Assembly (NCBI GenBank): GCA_013239625.1
Contig: MU053881.1
Location: 6,037,957 to 6,101,956, forward strand
DNA from: Lama guanicoe
Taxonomy: Eukaryota
Direction of reading: 5' to 3'
DNA: 64,000 nucleotides
The notes below the pieces were generated by a model that was given only the letters and a program-made list of their open reading frames with translations, was not told where the DNA came from and did no database searches. This document shows, piece by piece, positions 1 through 12,625 of the stretch. Every line of letters starts with the position of its first letter. Position 1 is the first letter of the stretch. The translations under genes were made by a program, and so were the position numbers.

Positions 1-624
1 TTTTTAAAAATCAAATCCAGAGCAAGAAGGATCCCAAGTATAAAAAAGAGTAACTTCCATTCTATCACTTAAAAATCATCAAAGCACAAATGTTTTAATC
101 ATTTTTGCTGAATTCCTTTACGACTAAACAACACAGATATTGTGATAAATAAAATTGTTAAAAAGAAAAAAAAGGAAAGGAAAGCATTTCAGTGATCTTT
201 TCAGCTGCCAAATTCAGAATATGGAAATTGTTTCCTTCTTCACTTGAGACCACACCACTCTTTTTTTTGCTCCTGGAGTTAAGAAAACATTCTCACTTTT
301 AGTCCCCGGTTACCCCTGTAGCAGCCTCTGCCCACGGGCCCCACCCCACACTCATTGTTACCCTGGGAGCCTCCCGGCCATAAATCCTCCCTTCAGCACG
401 AGTGGCCTACGGCTCGTGGGGGCTCCCTGGACTCCCCAAGCCAGCCCTGGCCAACTCCTCTGCACAGTGAGCCTCCAGCCCAGGGTCCAGATTCAGGGAG
501 GAACAGCTTAGCAGAGAGAGAATCTGAGTCCCCAGGGCCGGCAGAGCACAGCTGGCAGAGGGTGGAGGCAAATAACGTAACTCAGGGTTTTTTGTTTTTC
601 GTTTTGTTTTTTTTTTTTTTTCAT

Positions 625-775
625 TTTAATTGAAATGTAATTCCCATACCATAAAATTCACCCTATTAAAAGTGTGCAGTTCAGTGGTTTTGCAAGGTTG
701 TGCAACCATCACCACTATCTAACTCCAGAACATTTCCATCATCCCCAAAAGAAACCTCATACTCACTAACAGGTC
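625..775 (-). mobile_element. L1MB-type LINE-1 3' end fragment
   Basis: Poly-T followed by ttgaaatgtaattcccataccataaaattcacc...ttgtgcaaccatcaccactatctaactccagaacatttccatcatccccaaaagaaacc, the antisense of an old L1M 3' UTR. Confidence 0.8.
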
Positions 776-1120
776 AGCCCTAAAGGAGAAAACGCCACTT
801 GCCCATTTCTAGCTTTGGAGTTTTCCCCCCTTCCCCTCGATGGGAAGGGTATGTCCTTCTCTCACTCATTAGATGGAGAACACACAGAAACAGATTGCTA
901 ATTATTCCCTTTTCCTTGGACCTTGATGTTTAAACACAAGAAAAAGAGGCCCAAAGAGGAAAGACTTTCTAAGGACCCAAGAAATATCTATGATACACGA
1001 CAGTCACTCCCTCCCTCGTGGCATTGTAACTGGGAATGGCTTTTTGCTTTTCAACTGTTAGTCGAGGACTAAGGTGAAGCAAGCAAGGTGCCCAGGGTGA
1101 AAATGTAAGTTCTGACTTTT

Positions 1121-1250
1121 TTTTCATTCTTATTTTTTGTTGGAGTGTAGTTGATTTACAATGTTAGTTTCAGGTGTATAGCAAAGCAATTCAGTTATAC
1201 ATACACATACATATATTTTTTTTTTCAGATCCTTTTTCATTACAAGCTGG
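1121..1250 (-). mobile_element. Truncated artiodactyl-type L1 3' end with 9-bp TSD
   Basis: tgtagttgatttacaatgttagtttcaggtgtatagcaaag is antisense to the L1 tail at 60310-60360; flanked by ctgactttt at 1112-1120 and 1251-1259. Confidence 0.85.
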
Positions 1251-2319
1251 CTGACTTTTATTCCTAACTGTATAAACCCTGGAGATCTTGGGCAATTCAA
1301 GGGGAAGGAGATGTTCAAGAGGTAGACCTTGGGCTTCCTGCCCATCTATCATTTGAAGACTCAAATTGGTTTTAATTTGAGTTTAAAAAAAATAAAGGAC
1401 AGATCCCAAGTTTGTGAACCCAGTTATAATGATCACTCCAGGGAAATGTGAATTGTCTTCTGTGACCCACAATATAAACTCCGGGTGTTTTGATGGGGAG
1501 CTGGGTAGAATCTAGGACAGAGGGCAGGGATTTAATGATACGGTATGACATTAACAGAGAATGGGTTTACATTTCCTAATTAAATGTGCTTTGATTACCG
1601 TAACTCAACTTCACAAATTCATTGCACTTTCCTCTGATGGCCACATAAAGCTGATTTTCCTTCTTTCCTGACTCCATTTCTTCATTCACCGAACATTTAC
1701 TGAATGCCTTCTACGATCCAGGCAGAGTGACAGAAGTGGACATACAAAGAAGAATGATATTTTTTTGTTTTGTTTTCAAAAAGGTCAGTCTTAGAGGTTC
1801 TTAAAGAAGACAGTCTTAGAAAGAAGACAGTCTTTGAAGCAGACCTTTGCAGTTCAGGTCCGTGATAGACGTGTGTGCTGGGATGGGTGAATGTCAGGAG
1901 GTTCATCTCAGCACGATGGTCATAAAAACCTTGAAATGATTTAAATGTCTAAAAATAGGGAAATGGTTGGGGATAACGTAAATGTAGGGGAAAGATTAAA
2001 ATGGTTTTCTGGCCTCTTTTGAAGCATGAAAAGATGTGACCATGGTCAGTCCCCATTCACAAAGCAGTGCTCGCCTGGAGCTGCATGAAGGGCTCCACTA
2101 GAGGTGGGTCATGTGCTGGCCCCACTCACCTGCACCTCCCAGCACAGAGGCTGTGGGTGTTCTCATCCTGTCACAGACTCATTGTACCCACAGATGTCAT
2201 TTTCTGACCAGTGCATGCATTTTATTTTATTTTTCAGTGCATGTATTTTAAATCTGATCCCCTTGGAGAAGACAGAATTGTTTCTGAGAATGAATGTTTG
2301 GTACAGGTGTATGTACAGG

Positions 2320-2400
2320 TGTGTGTGTGAGGAGGGGAGGGAGACAGAAAAGAGAGAGAGAAAGAGACACAGACAGACAAAGAGAGAGAGACTGAGAGAG
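2320..2400. repeat. (GT)n/(GA)n low-complexity tract
   Basis: gtgtgtgtga...gagagagagaaagagacacagacagacaaagagagagagactgagagag. Confidence 0.85.
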
Positions 2401-3199
2401 CCAGCAGTTCACCTAGGAATGAGCAATTAGGAAAAGAATCACGTCCACAGCTTCCCACAGTGGGGAAGAAATCCTAAAAGAGCAAGGGAGGTGGACTCAC
2501 ACCAACCCCAAGCAGTTATGCAGAACACAGCATGTCAACCTCACTGTCTCTTGCTCTGTGGACTTTGGGGCCACCACGATGTTATTTCTTGCCTGGACAA
2601 ATTATGCTTGTGGGACTGCCCTGCTGCAGGGAAGAGAGAAGTGCCCTGGGGCAGCAGCAACACCTACGGGTCAGGAAAGCAATTTTCCAAAAATCCAGGT
2701 GAGATTTTGAATGGACAGAGGCAAAGAAGGTGGGAGGTCAACATCCTGAGGACAGGGGAGAAATGGTATGTTCTCAAGAGGATCTTAATGAGAGGTTTGC
2801 CCTCCCCCAAGCAGTGGGATTTCCTTTCCTTCTTACAAAATAACCCCCATCAGTCAGTCAGGTTGGGCACACCTCCACAACTGTGGGCCATTAAGGGAGG
2901 GGGGAGGATGGCGGACGGAGGGCATATGGGACCCTAGCATCAAAATCTGTGAGTTCTGATCACCTCGAATGGGAGTCTGTAGCCCCAGAGGTCCAGGGTG
3001 CAGGCAGAGCAGCATGAGCTGTGGCCCTCGGAAGAGCAGAGACCAGTCTGGAGGACGAGGAAACTCAGAGGAGGGCTGTCAGGGTGTCAACTACGGGAGA
3101 CCCACCCCTGTGTTTTCACAAATAGACTGGTGGCAGACACTGGTCATGCTCACCCAGACCCAAGGTGTCCCCTTCTGGGCCACGATTCCTAGACACTCT

Positions 3200-3505
3200 T
3201 GCAGTTGGTTGCAGCCACATGGCTGAGATTTGGCCAGTGGAATGTAGGCAAAAGTGATGCACATGACAGTTCTTGGTCTATCCTCCCACCTTCCCTCTGG
3301 TGTGTAACCCAAGGCAGAGGACCCAGTGGAGGACTCCAGGACCTTGGGATCTTCCGGATTCCTGAATGACTGTGTGAACAGAGCCTTCCCCTCCTGCATG
3401 ACCTGCACCCGACTGTGACGCGAGCAGGAAGCAGACCTCCCTGGGACCGAGTCCCTGATAAGGGGCAACTGTCTGCGGTGGTTAGCTCCCTGTGACTAAC
3501 ACAGT
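3200..3505 (+). mobile_element. MaLR (MLT1-like) solo LTR
   Basis: gccacatggctgagatttggccagtggaatgtaggcaaaagtgatg and ggattcctgaatgactgtgtgaacagagcc resemble MLT1J-type motifs. Confidence 0.65.
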
Positions 3506-4002
3506 ATTAGACGTGACCTTTGATGGGAGGGAAACGTGGACACTTGGGTCGTGTCCAGCTGCTTCTCTTTAGGGAGAGCAGACTCTTGGATGTGAGGGTT
3601 ACTTTTATAATCACAAAGTAACAGGAGAGAGACTGAAAGACACAGGCAGGTAGAGGCACTGAAAGAGACAGAAACGGAGACTTACAGCGATGTCCAGAAA
3701 GACATTTAGAAAAAGGTTGTCAAAGATGTTCACAAAGGTGAGTGGGTTTCATGACCACTGAGGCCACTAACCAGGGAAGCCCAGCCCAGATCTGCCCGCA
3801 CGAGGGAGGGCACGCCCTGTTACCGTGTAAGAAGGCAGACTGGAGGGGACAGCGGTCAGCTGGCGGGGCGCTACTTGAGGGGTCCCGAGACGCCCGTATG
3901 TTGACGATGATGATGACAGACCCAAGCTGCACTCAGTCGTCCCTGGATCTGAAGCTACGGGGAAGCTGGAGCGGTCGGTGGGAACTACGTGCAGTCCTGG
4001 TG

Positions 4003-4040
4003 CTGTGTGTGTGTATGTGTGTGTGCGCACGCACGCGCGC
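4003..4040. repeat. Alternating purine-pyrimidine (TG)n/(CG)n tract with Z-DNA potential
   Basis: tgtgtgtgtgtatgtgtgtgtgcgcacgcacgcgcgc. Confidence 0.8.
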
Positions 4041-4114
4041 CCTTGCACACCTCACTCAGCGCTGCCCGTATAGCAGACCACACTCCACCCTGAGTGCTGG
4101 AGCTCTGGAAATGA

Positions 4115-4625
4115 GTCTGTCATTCAACCGGTGCCTGTTGACTAGAGGCCCCATGATGTGCCAGACCCCCTTGAGACACTGGGAGTAAAGCTAGTGAGGC
4201 AGTCAGACAAGCACCTGCCCTCACGGAACCCACGCTCTAGTGGGACATCACCGAGTAAATGAGAAAATACATCAGGAGGTGAGAACATCGAATCAGGTGA
4301 CGTGGACTCAGTGACAAGACTGGGAGACATTTCAGACGGCGGCGTCAGGACAGGCTGTACTGGACGACAGGTTTGATGAGCTTTAAGCGGAGGAACTGGG
4401 GGAGCCTGGGGACGGCCAGGGGACCTGAGCAGGGGAGCAGCGTGACAGGTGTACAGGCTACATGAGGATGGAGAGGGAGACGGGGGCCAGGCCAGGGAGG
4501 CCATGCGGGCCCTTGTGGGAAGTTCTGGTTTCATTCTCAGGGCTGTGGGAAGCTGTTGGGAGGTTGTAAATGGAGGAGTGACACGATCAGAATTATTTTT
4601 CTGATATTTTTCAGGGCTGCTGTGA
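4115..4625 (-). mobile_element. L2 LINE 3' fragment
   Basis: cattcaac...atgtgccagac...cctgccctcacggaacccacgctctagtggg...ggagtgacacgatcaga, typical antisense L2 3' end. Confidence 0.7.
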
Positions 4626-4814
4626 GGAGTGGATGACGGGGGCAGGAGTGGAAGGCGGAGGGCCCGGGGGTGGCCAGCCCAGCGGTCCAGGCAGCACAGA
4701 CGGTGGGCGGAGCCTCCTGTCCCAGCTCGGCCCCAGGCTACCTCGGGGCCCATCGGTACCCCTCTTTGCACCCCTCATCAAGAATTCACGGGGGTGGACA
4801 CACACTCAGTAAGC

Positions 4815-4930
4815 CTGAGAATCAGAGCACTGAGCTTGGGAGTCAGACACTGGCCAGCCCTTGGGCAAGGGGTTTACTTTCTCTGAGCCTCGGTTTTCTC
4901 ATCTGTCAAATGGACATAACAAGCTTTCCT
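4815..4930 (+). mobile_element. MIR SINE
   Basis: ccttgggcaag...ctctgagcctcggttttctcatctgtcaaatgg (MIR core). Confidence 0.8.
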
Positions 4931-5639
4931 CAGAGCAGGGCTATCCTGAGTGTTCCCCTCCCCTTGTTCAGGGCCCCCCTGTGCTTCAAGGCCCTGCTGA
5001 GCCACACAGGACACAGGAGGCTGTGTCCCTGGGAGGGCCTCGGGAGGGGCTAGGCTACTGAGCCCAGCTGTAGGGCCCATTGGATCATCCAGGCTGAACC
5101 TCACTGTCCCCTGGGCCACCCCGGGTCTCACCCTTTCTTTCAATGGGGTAACGGGAGGAAGCAGGCAGGGCCAGGGCAGGGAGCAGCCCCTCTATGAGAA
5201 ACAAAGAGCCGGCTGGGTTAAGGGGAGGCGGAGGACGTGACTCACCGGTCGGACACAGAAGATCCCAGGAGGAGACGTTCAGGAAGTGGACCCACCCTCC
5301 CCCACCCACCTTTGGCTTCAGGGAGGACATGTAGCCCAATGCTGCTCACATCTCCAGGCTCTTAGGGGAGAGAGGAGGGGCTGAGCAAATGGAACAGAGG
5401 TCACTGGAAGGTTAAACGGAGACATAAAGGGTCCTGGGTTGGGTGGAGGTAGGGCGGGCCTTCTTCTAGGGTTGATGGATCAGTGAAGAGTCAGCGATCA
5501 GGGGTGAGGTGGGCAGTGAACAATCAGTGGGAGCCCCAGGGGTGGTGGAGAGGCCACGATGAAGGCTGGGGTGATGGGTGGAGTCGCAGATGTCACAGCA
5601 CTCACCATTCCCCTGCACGTTGGCCCAAAGGGGACGGAC

Positions 5640-5967
5640 CAGAAGCTCCTACAAGTCAGTCTGAACGCTTCCTACAAACAGAACAGGCCAGACAGCTGGG
5701 GAATTAATGCTCATCACAGGACCCCACAACCAATGGCTCCTGCCTGTCTGGTGGGCTGGTAGGTGTCCTACACCACCTTGCACAGCCGGAGCTGGATGGA
5801 GCCACGGCTGCCTCCCCTGATACCTGCACCCAGTCCTGGCCTCCTGCCCCTGCCTGTCTCGTGGCCCCATTCCCCTTGCCAGTGCTTTTTGGAATCACTT
5901 TCCAAGTAAACTGCTTGTACTCATATCCTCATTTCAAAGTCTATAGCAGGGGAGCCAAACTAAGACA
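5640..5967 (+). mobile_element. ERVL (LTR16-like) LTR 3' part
   Basis: Ends ggaatcactttccaagtaaactgcttgtactcatatcctcatttcaaagtct...ggggagccaaactaagaca, an LTR16/33-family 3' terminus; 5' boundary uncertain. Confidence 0.6.
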
Positions 5968-6764
5968 AGAAGGGAGGCAGCGAAGGGTTTCTAGGGAGTT
6001 ACAGGAGGTCAGTGAGGGAGGAAAATGGGCGGACGGCAGAGAAAATGGTGGGGAGTGGGAGTCAGCCTCTGTGCTGGGCTGATACCAAGACTGGGCCCAG
6101 TGATGCTGCTGTGGGCCACCTGGGCCGGGCTCTGCTCTTGCTCCTGTCTTAGCGCCTCCATCGGATGGAGCTCATCACCCAAGAACATGTGAGAGGGAAG
6201 GGCGAGGAGCCTCTGCTCTGCTCCAGGCCTGCAGAGAACCCTCTCCCAGGACCAGAGTCCCAGGGAGGCTGGGGTCCGAGCTAGAGCCCCAGCCCCAGGC
6301 CCGTTCCCCTTCCCGACTTAAAAGGCCTGATTGGAGGCGTCTGGGAGAATAAGGTGGTTGGGATTCCACCTGAGTTTTCCAAATACTGCAGGTCTAGGTG
6401 ACGGCCCCAAGCACCAAACCCTTTGAACTGGGGTGTGGGAGCTCCATCGGGGGGCTCAGGACTCAAGTAGCTGCCAAGTGACTTGGCTGAGGGAGCCCTC
6501 GGCCAGAGATCCACTCCGCCAGCACGAGACCACCAAGACTTCCTTTCTGCCTGTCTGCATCCTCGCGTTCAGTGATGCAGCAGGTACTGTCAGAGCCCCT
6601 GCTGGCTTCAGGCACCCTGAAGGTGGTGAGGGTACGGCAGAGAACAGAACAGGCACCGTCCTTGGCTTCGTGGACCCTTCAGTCTTGGGTAAAACTAGAT
6701 TATAAACTAAAAGACCATAGAAGAGATGTTGCTTACAAACCACTAATGAATAGTAAATAAATCC

Positions 6765-6980
6765 TAGAGATCTGATGCACGGCAGAGTGAGTATGGACAG
6801 CAATATTGTATTATAATCATTAAGCTAGATTAGAGACTAGATCTTAATTATTTCAACCACTACGAAGAAATGATGATTATGGGGTGGGATTGAGGTTTTA
6901 GCTAATGCTATGGTGGTGATCATAGTGCAATGTATGAATGTATCAAATCAACACATTGGACACCTTCAATTTATAGACAC
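6765..6980 (+). mobile_element. L1MA9-like LINE-1 3' UTR fragment
   Basis: ctagagatctgatgcac...gctaatgctatggtggtgatcat...tgtatcaaatcaacacattggacacctt. Confidence 0.8.
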
Positions 6981-7114
6981 TGCCCTTTACCCATACCCCT
7001 CCTGTGTGTGGTTGGAAAACTTTTTTGTTTTGGGGGTTTTTCCTTGAATACACAAATTCTACTAAAAATATGTGTGTGTGTATATATATATTTTTTTCAA
7101 TTAAAAAACTAAGA

Positions 7115-7257
7115 AGACAATATTCAATATGTTGTAAGAACCTATAACGGAAAAGAATCTGGAAAAGAATAAACACAGATACAGATACGTATTATTGAAT
7201 CACTTTGCTGTATCTGTGAAACTGCCTCATTGTACATCAACTACACTTCAAATAAAA
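7115..7257 (+). mobile_element. Artiodactyl-type L1 3' end fragment
   Basis: caatatgttgtaagaacctataacggaaaagaatctg...gaatcactttgctgtatc...catcaactacacttcaaataaaa. Confidence 0.8.
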
Positions 7258-7514
7258 CAGGAAGACAAACCAGATAACCGCAAATTGAGAAGAGCTTGAT
7301 GAGGGAATTAAGATGCTATATTGGGAGTTAAAGGCAAGCACACTTTGAAGGCCGGGCAGGGAGGGCCTCTCTGCCGATGCCCCTGGGATGGCTGAGCTGA
7401 CACTGAAGGGGAGAAGGAACCGGCCGTGGGAACACCACCAGCCCAGAAAGGGCCCCCTGCTCCCAGGTGAACAGAGTCAACCGAGCTACCCACGAGCCCG
7501 GCGCTCCTGGAGAC

Positions 7515-7635
7515 ACAGTCTCATTCAGTCCTCGTAATCCCAGGAGGAAGGTGCCAGGATTCCATTTACAGATGAGGAAACCGAGGCTCAGAGGGCGACG
7601 TGACTGGCTCAAAGTCAGCACAGCTGGTGACTGCC
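7515..7635 (-). mobile_element. MIR SINE
   Basis: ccatttacagatgaggaaaccgaggctcagagg. Confidence 0.8.
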
Positions 7636-7899
7636 AGTGCCAGGACTCCCATCCCTGCAGACCTGCGTCTTGCCATGAAGTCTTTGCCTGTGCCATTCTC
7701 TGAACAACCTTCTCCATTACTTTTTTTCCTCACATTTCGGCTAAATCTCAGTCACCCAGCACAGAGGTCACCTCTTCCAGGAAGCCTTCCCTAACTTGCC
7801 ATGCCTGGGTCAAGGTCCTTTTCTGTTTCTATGGGTCACTTGCAGGGCAGTAATTGCAAAAGGTTAAAACAGTCTCTTCATTGCTGGGAATGTCTCTTC

Positions 7900-8345
7900 C
7901 TCATGCCAGTCACACGGTCACAGCAGAACCCACCATGCTGGTGACAGGTCCCTTTCCTGGCTGCTGTTGACTGGTGGGGGGCAGACACCTGATACAAGCT
8001 AAGCCAATCAGAGACCTTCCCTGGGACCTTGGAATTGGAACCCAGAAAGAGGAGTCTCTGTGCAGATGGCTGGAACTGAGACCACATGCAACAGGAGCCA
8101 CGTTCTGCCATGTGGCCTGAGGAGCAGACAGGCCGCAGGCAGTGAGAGGAGAGTTGAGGCTGTTGCTGGGAGAGAAGCAGAGGTGAGAGATAAAAGGAAG
8201 TTGCTTCCCAGGTTCCCCACCACCATGCTCAGGCTGCGACTCAGCCCATCCCTGGCGCACGACCAGCTCTTGGAGGCCAGGCAGCCCCACGATGTCCTTC
8301 TCGTTTCTGTTACTCATGGCCAAAAGACTCCAAATACAAAGTGCT
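7900..8345 (+). mobile_element. Old MaLR/ERVL-type LTR (MLT1K/L-like)
   Basis: gacacctgatacaagctaagccaatcagagaccttccctgggaccttggaattgga...tttctgttactcatggccaaaagactcc. Confidence 0.55.
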
Positions 8346-10559
8346 CAGTCAACATTTATCAAATGAATGAAATGGTCCAAACATGGGGCTGATTCCACTA
8401 ACTCTTTCCTTGGTATGTTCATTTGGAGAATAACCATAACAATAAAACTGGTTTAGTCCAAGACTGTAAGGCCCAGGGGGCAGGCTCCCTAAGTCCAGAA
8501 AGGAGAGGAACAGTAGACCATGACCCCAGCAAGAAGCCCCATCACACGGCAGGTGTAACAGGTGCCTTTTCCAGGGCTGTCTTCTTTCCCTGGGGAGTCA
8601 CCCTCAGACAGAAGGTCTCAGGCCTGAAATGGGTCCCTCCCAGCGACCTGGGCAGGTCCTGGGTGTGAGCTGCAGAAGGAGTCATGGGTTTGCCTGGGAA
8701 CCAGAGGTCACCAGTCAGAGCGGATGCTTTGAATTTAGACCCGGGTTTATGAGCCACAGCGGCCGCCAGCTGAGGACAGGGCCCAGCCCTTCCCGGGCCA
8801 GGGGCCGCCGGGAGGAAGGCGCACTTTTAATGGAGTGCCTGTGTCTCCCAAATGTTACGCTAGGCAGGGAGTTTGGACCAGAATGAAAGCAGAGGGTCTA
8901 ATTTTAGACAGTACCTATGAATGAAACTCGACCCAAGCTGGGGAGGAAATACCTTCCACCAGCCCGTGCCAGGACCAGTGTGTGTGATTTTCTGCTAAAT
9001 TAGGCAGCTCCTGCAAACAGGTTACTGTGGGAACCGGGGCTTTTTTCCTCTTTTCCCTCCACTAATTGGTCAGACTCTTTGTTTCTAAATATACATCCCT
9101 CCGCCCCTCAGCCCCCTTCTTTTACGAAAGCGCTTGGTCACCACGTCCCCGCATGTTCTGGCTGGTTAACTGTCTGTTCTTTTTCTGCCCTGCCCTTCCC
9201 CATGTGGCCCTGCTGGGAACAAGAAGGCGAGCCATTAGGTCAAGAGCATGGGACTCGAGAGCCCTGGATGTCACGCTAGCAGAGCCGAATGCCAGCTTGG
9301 TTGGGGTCAGACGGAAGCCAGACCCAGATGGTGCGCGTGATGAAGGCAAGTGTCATGACTGTCCTGTGCTCAGCTGTCTCCCAAGGGCCTCGCACAGAGC
9401 TCGGCGGGGATCTAGGCTCAGTCAATACCTAGCAGCTCTTAAAGGGAAGACTTTTGCCCACCTGGTGGCTGCATTTGAATACAGTTTGAGTAGAACAGAG
9501 GTCATGAGGTCATTTTTTTTTTTTGCTTTTTTTGCTTTAAAGTGATTCAGTAATGTCACTCAGGAGCAAAAGAAGAGTGTGACCCACCCGCCAGCGCCAT
9601 AGATGTGACAGTGGCAGAGGGGAAAAGAAAGCCTCCAGAAGCCAACAAGCCGGGGCCCCCCGTTCACCCCTGGGTCTTCCTGCCTATGTGACCTTTGGTG
9701 AGCCTCTTGTCCTTGGTAAACCTCGGTGTCCTCGTCTACGTCCTTGTCTATGACTTTTCAGAGTGGCCTGCCCTGGTGACTCTCGCCTCAGGACCTTCCC
9801 AGTTCCCGCTCCTACCGTGGCCTGGCCAGACTTGGGGGCGAAGGCGGAATCACGTCAGCCAAGCAGGACAGAGGCTGGAACACAGCTCGGTTCCCAGTCT
9901 GGGGCGCGGCCCTGGCCCAGCTCAGGATCCGGTTCATCTGTAGCTGGACTCTGTGGCTTTGGAGCGAAGATCCGTGGAGCGTCCAAGGTGGCCCTGCAAA
10001 GTGAGCAGGCCTGGGGCGGGGAGCGTGCAAGGGTCTCGGTGGTGACAACGGTCTTCGCAGAGATGAGCCGGGGTGAGGTGGGCTCCCTCCCCAGCAAGCC
10101 CTGACCATTTGCTTGTCGTATGTCAAATGACTCAGCCATTTGGGACCCATTTTCCCTTCTCTAGAATCCTTCCCACAATGTTCCTGGGGAGGGGAAAAGA
10201 AACTTCCCTAGGAGCTGTGTTTATTTCTGAGCATTTATTTTCTTTTAGGGATTTGGGTTGGGCACTTAGTGAAAAAAAGGGCCACCTTGGCTGACTCTCT
10301 TTCTGCCCCTCTTCCCACAATAACCTACCCCAAAAAGTTTTTTCCTAAATAGAGATTTTTGCCCTTTTTTTTCATTCTTTCTTACTTCTCCCTTTCCCCC
10401 TTCCCTTTCCCTCCCTCCTTCCTTCCTTCTTTCCGTAAATGTTTCTTTCAAGTTCAATTCAGCAAACCTGGTTTGCTGTTAGATGTGGGTAGAGGTGGAA
10501 TGGAGTGGTTAGATGTGGGTGGAGAGGTCTTGGTGTGCACTCACTGCAAACGCAATCCC

Positions 10560-10850
10560 TTTAACCAACGTCCGTGGGTTCACGGAGCACCCACAGCGCT
10601 AACTGTACTCACCATGGGGAGGGGAGGAGGGGCAAGGAAGCAAATCAGGACAGAGGAGGCTGTGCTTTGTTCTACCGGCAGGGTCAGGAAAGGGGTCCTC
10701 AGGAAGATGATGTCTGAGCAAGGCTTTGAAGGTTGAAGAGGAGTTCGTCAGGGGGCCAAGAGGGGAGTAAACACCCCAAGGAGAGGGAGCAGAGTGCACA
10801 GTGGCACAGAGTGTGACAAAGCGTGGTACATAGTAGGTCACACAGGACAA
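10560..10850 (-). mobile_element. L2 fragment
   Basis: ggtcaggaaaggggtcctcaggaagatgatgtctgagcaaggctttgaaggttgaagaggagtt. Confidence 0.6.
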
Positions 10851-11004
10851 TCCGAGGTGGACCCTGCCCTCCTGGGTCTTATGGCCTCTCAGGGTAAAAG
10901 ACACAGGAGAGTCCAATAGAGTGTAGAGTGAACTGAGGGCTCTAAGGGCAGCTCAGGGAGTCAGTGGGGCTGAGAAGTGGCTTTGAGGGGGGCTAGCCAG
11001 GGAA

Positions 11005-11150
11005 GGCAGCCTGGCACTTTAAAAATACAGACTCCACACCTCACTCTCAGGGAGTCGGATTCAATGCACCTGGGGTAGGGCCTAAGGTGTCTGTTTCTTA
11101 AAGCTCCCTGGAAATTCTGATGTGCAATGACCTCTGAGATCCACTGCTGC
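11005..11150. mobile_element. MER5-like hAT-Charlie MITE
   Basis: ttaaaaatacagactcc...ggattcaatgcacctggggtagggcctaag...aagctccctggaaattctgatgtgca. Confidence 0.7.
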
Positions 11151-11515
11151 TGATGAAGGAGACGATATGAACAAAGGGGATAGAATGAGGCAGGAAAATG
11201 AGGAGGGTTTGGGGGGAAGGGCAGTGGGACCTGCCTATAGAAAGACACAGGAGGACACACTGACCCTAGCCATGGAGAGCCTCAGATCACAGGCTCAGAG
11301 GCTCAGTCTCCATTCTGTTTGTGAGTGGCAGCCACTGAAAGTTTCAAACAGGGGCACAATCAGAGTGAAGAAAGCTGGAAGTAGAGAGGGACCAGAGGCA
11401 GAGCACCTGTTACACAGGCTGTTGGCCAGGGGAGTACTATGCAGGCTTGACCAAGGTATCTCTGATCATCGGTTTGCCGAGTGCCTGTCAAAGTCACTAT
11501 TGTTATTATGGTAGA

Positions 11516-12003
11516 TGTGATGGTTAATTTTTTGTATCAACTTGGCTTGGCCACAGTGCCAAGATAGGTAGGCAAACATTATTCTGGATGTTTCTATGAG
11601 GGTGTTTTTTTTTTTTCCATAAGATTAACATTTTAAATCAGTGGACTTGGAGCAAAGCAGACTGACCTCCACCATATGCATGGATCTCGTCCAATCAGTC
11701 GAAGACCTGAGTAGAACAAAAAAGACTGCCCGCCCCTGAGCAAGAGGGAATTCTGCAGCAAATGGCCTTCATGTTTGAACTGCAGCCCTGGCTCTCAGCT
11801 GGGACTCAACCCTGACCGATGGCCTTTGGACTTGAACTGTAATGTCAGCTTGTCCCTTAGTCTCCAGTTTGTGCACCCACCCTGCAGATTTTGGACTTGC
11901 CAATGTCTATAATCATGTGAGCTAATTCCTTTAAAAATCTCTCTGTCTCTGTCTCTTTCTCTGTCTCTGTCCCATTTTGCTGGAGACCCTGACTAATCCT
12001 AAC
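11516..12003 (+). mobile_element. MLT2 (ERVL) solo LTR, near full length
   Basis: Starts tgtgatggttaatttt..tgtatcaacttggc; contains gattaacattttaaatcagtggactt...agcagac; ends ctggagaccctgactaat; internal (CTGTCT)n. Confidence 0.85.
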
Positions 12004-12227
12004 ATAGCAGGGATACCTTGATTCCTTCACCAATTTGTGGCTTCAACAGAGCTGAGCTCTCTTGCCAGCAGTGGCACAGGGGTACCTCTTGGCCAATCCA
12101 TAACTGTCAGTGTAGCACTACCTTCCTCATCAAAGCCCTACCTCACTTCCTGCAAGAGCCTGGTTCCGTGACATTGGTTGCACATCTGGGTTTTCTTTGT
12201 GTAAACTGAAATCTCTTAAGTAAACTC

Positions 12228-12625
12228 AGAGTATCAAGCAGGATGCTTTCAGCAACAAGACCCCAAAACCTCAACTCATAAACCGTAAGTAAATATTTAG
12301 CTCATGTTTAGCTCATGGAAGTCCAGGTGCAGGGCAGTTTCCAGGACTGGCTGGCTCAGCGGCTCAGCATTGCCATCAGAGAGCGGGCTCCTTCCAGCAT
12401 CCTCTGTGTCTCAGTGGTGGTTTCTCCCTCAGCCTGGTAGTAACATGGCCACGGTGGTTCCAGGTGTCTCAACCAGACAACACAGCATCAGGGGAAGTGG
12501 GAGACCCTCAGTGTGTGGCTTTCTCTTAGAAAAGAAGAGCTCTGGAGAGCTCACAGCAGACTCCACTCCCATCTAACTGGCCAGAATTGTTCCACGTGAC
12601 CACTCTTGAACCAGGGTGGGTAAAA
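12228..12625 (-). mobile_element. MaLR (MLT1-like) LTR
   Basis: caggatgctttcagcaacaagacc...ggaagtccagg...gctcagcggctcagca...tggccagaattgttccacgtgaccact. Confidence 0.6.

Noticed and set aside
1949..1958. Perfect MEF2 motif ctaaaaatag
   Set aside because: Appears to lie in an L1M remnant (aaatgtc..aataggg.aatggtt), so chance derivation is likely
4142..4771. 209-aa minus-strand ORF
   Set aside because: Mostly lies within a decayed L2 fragment
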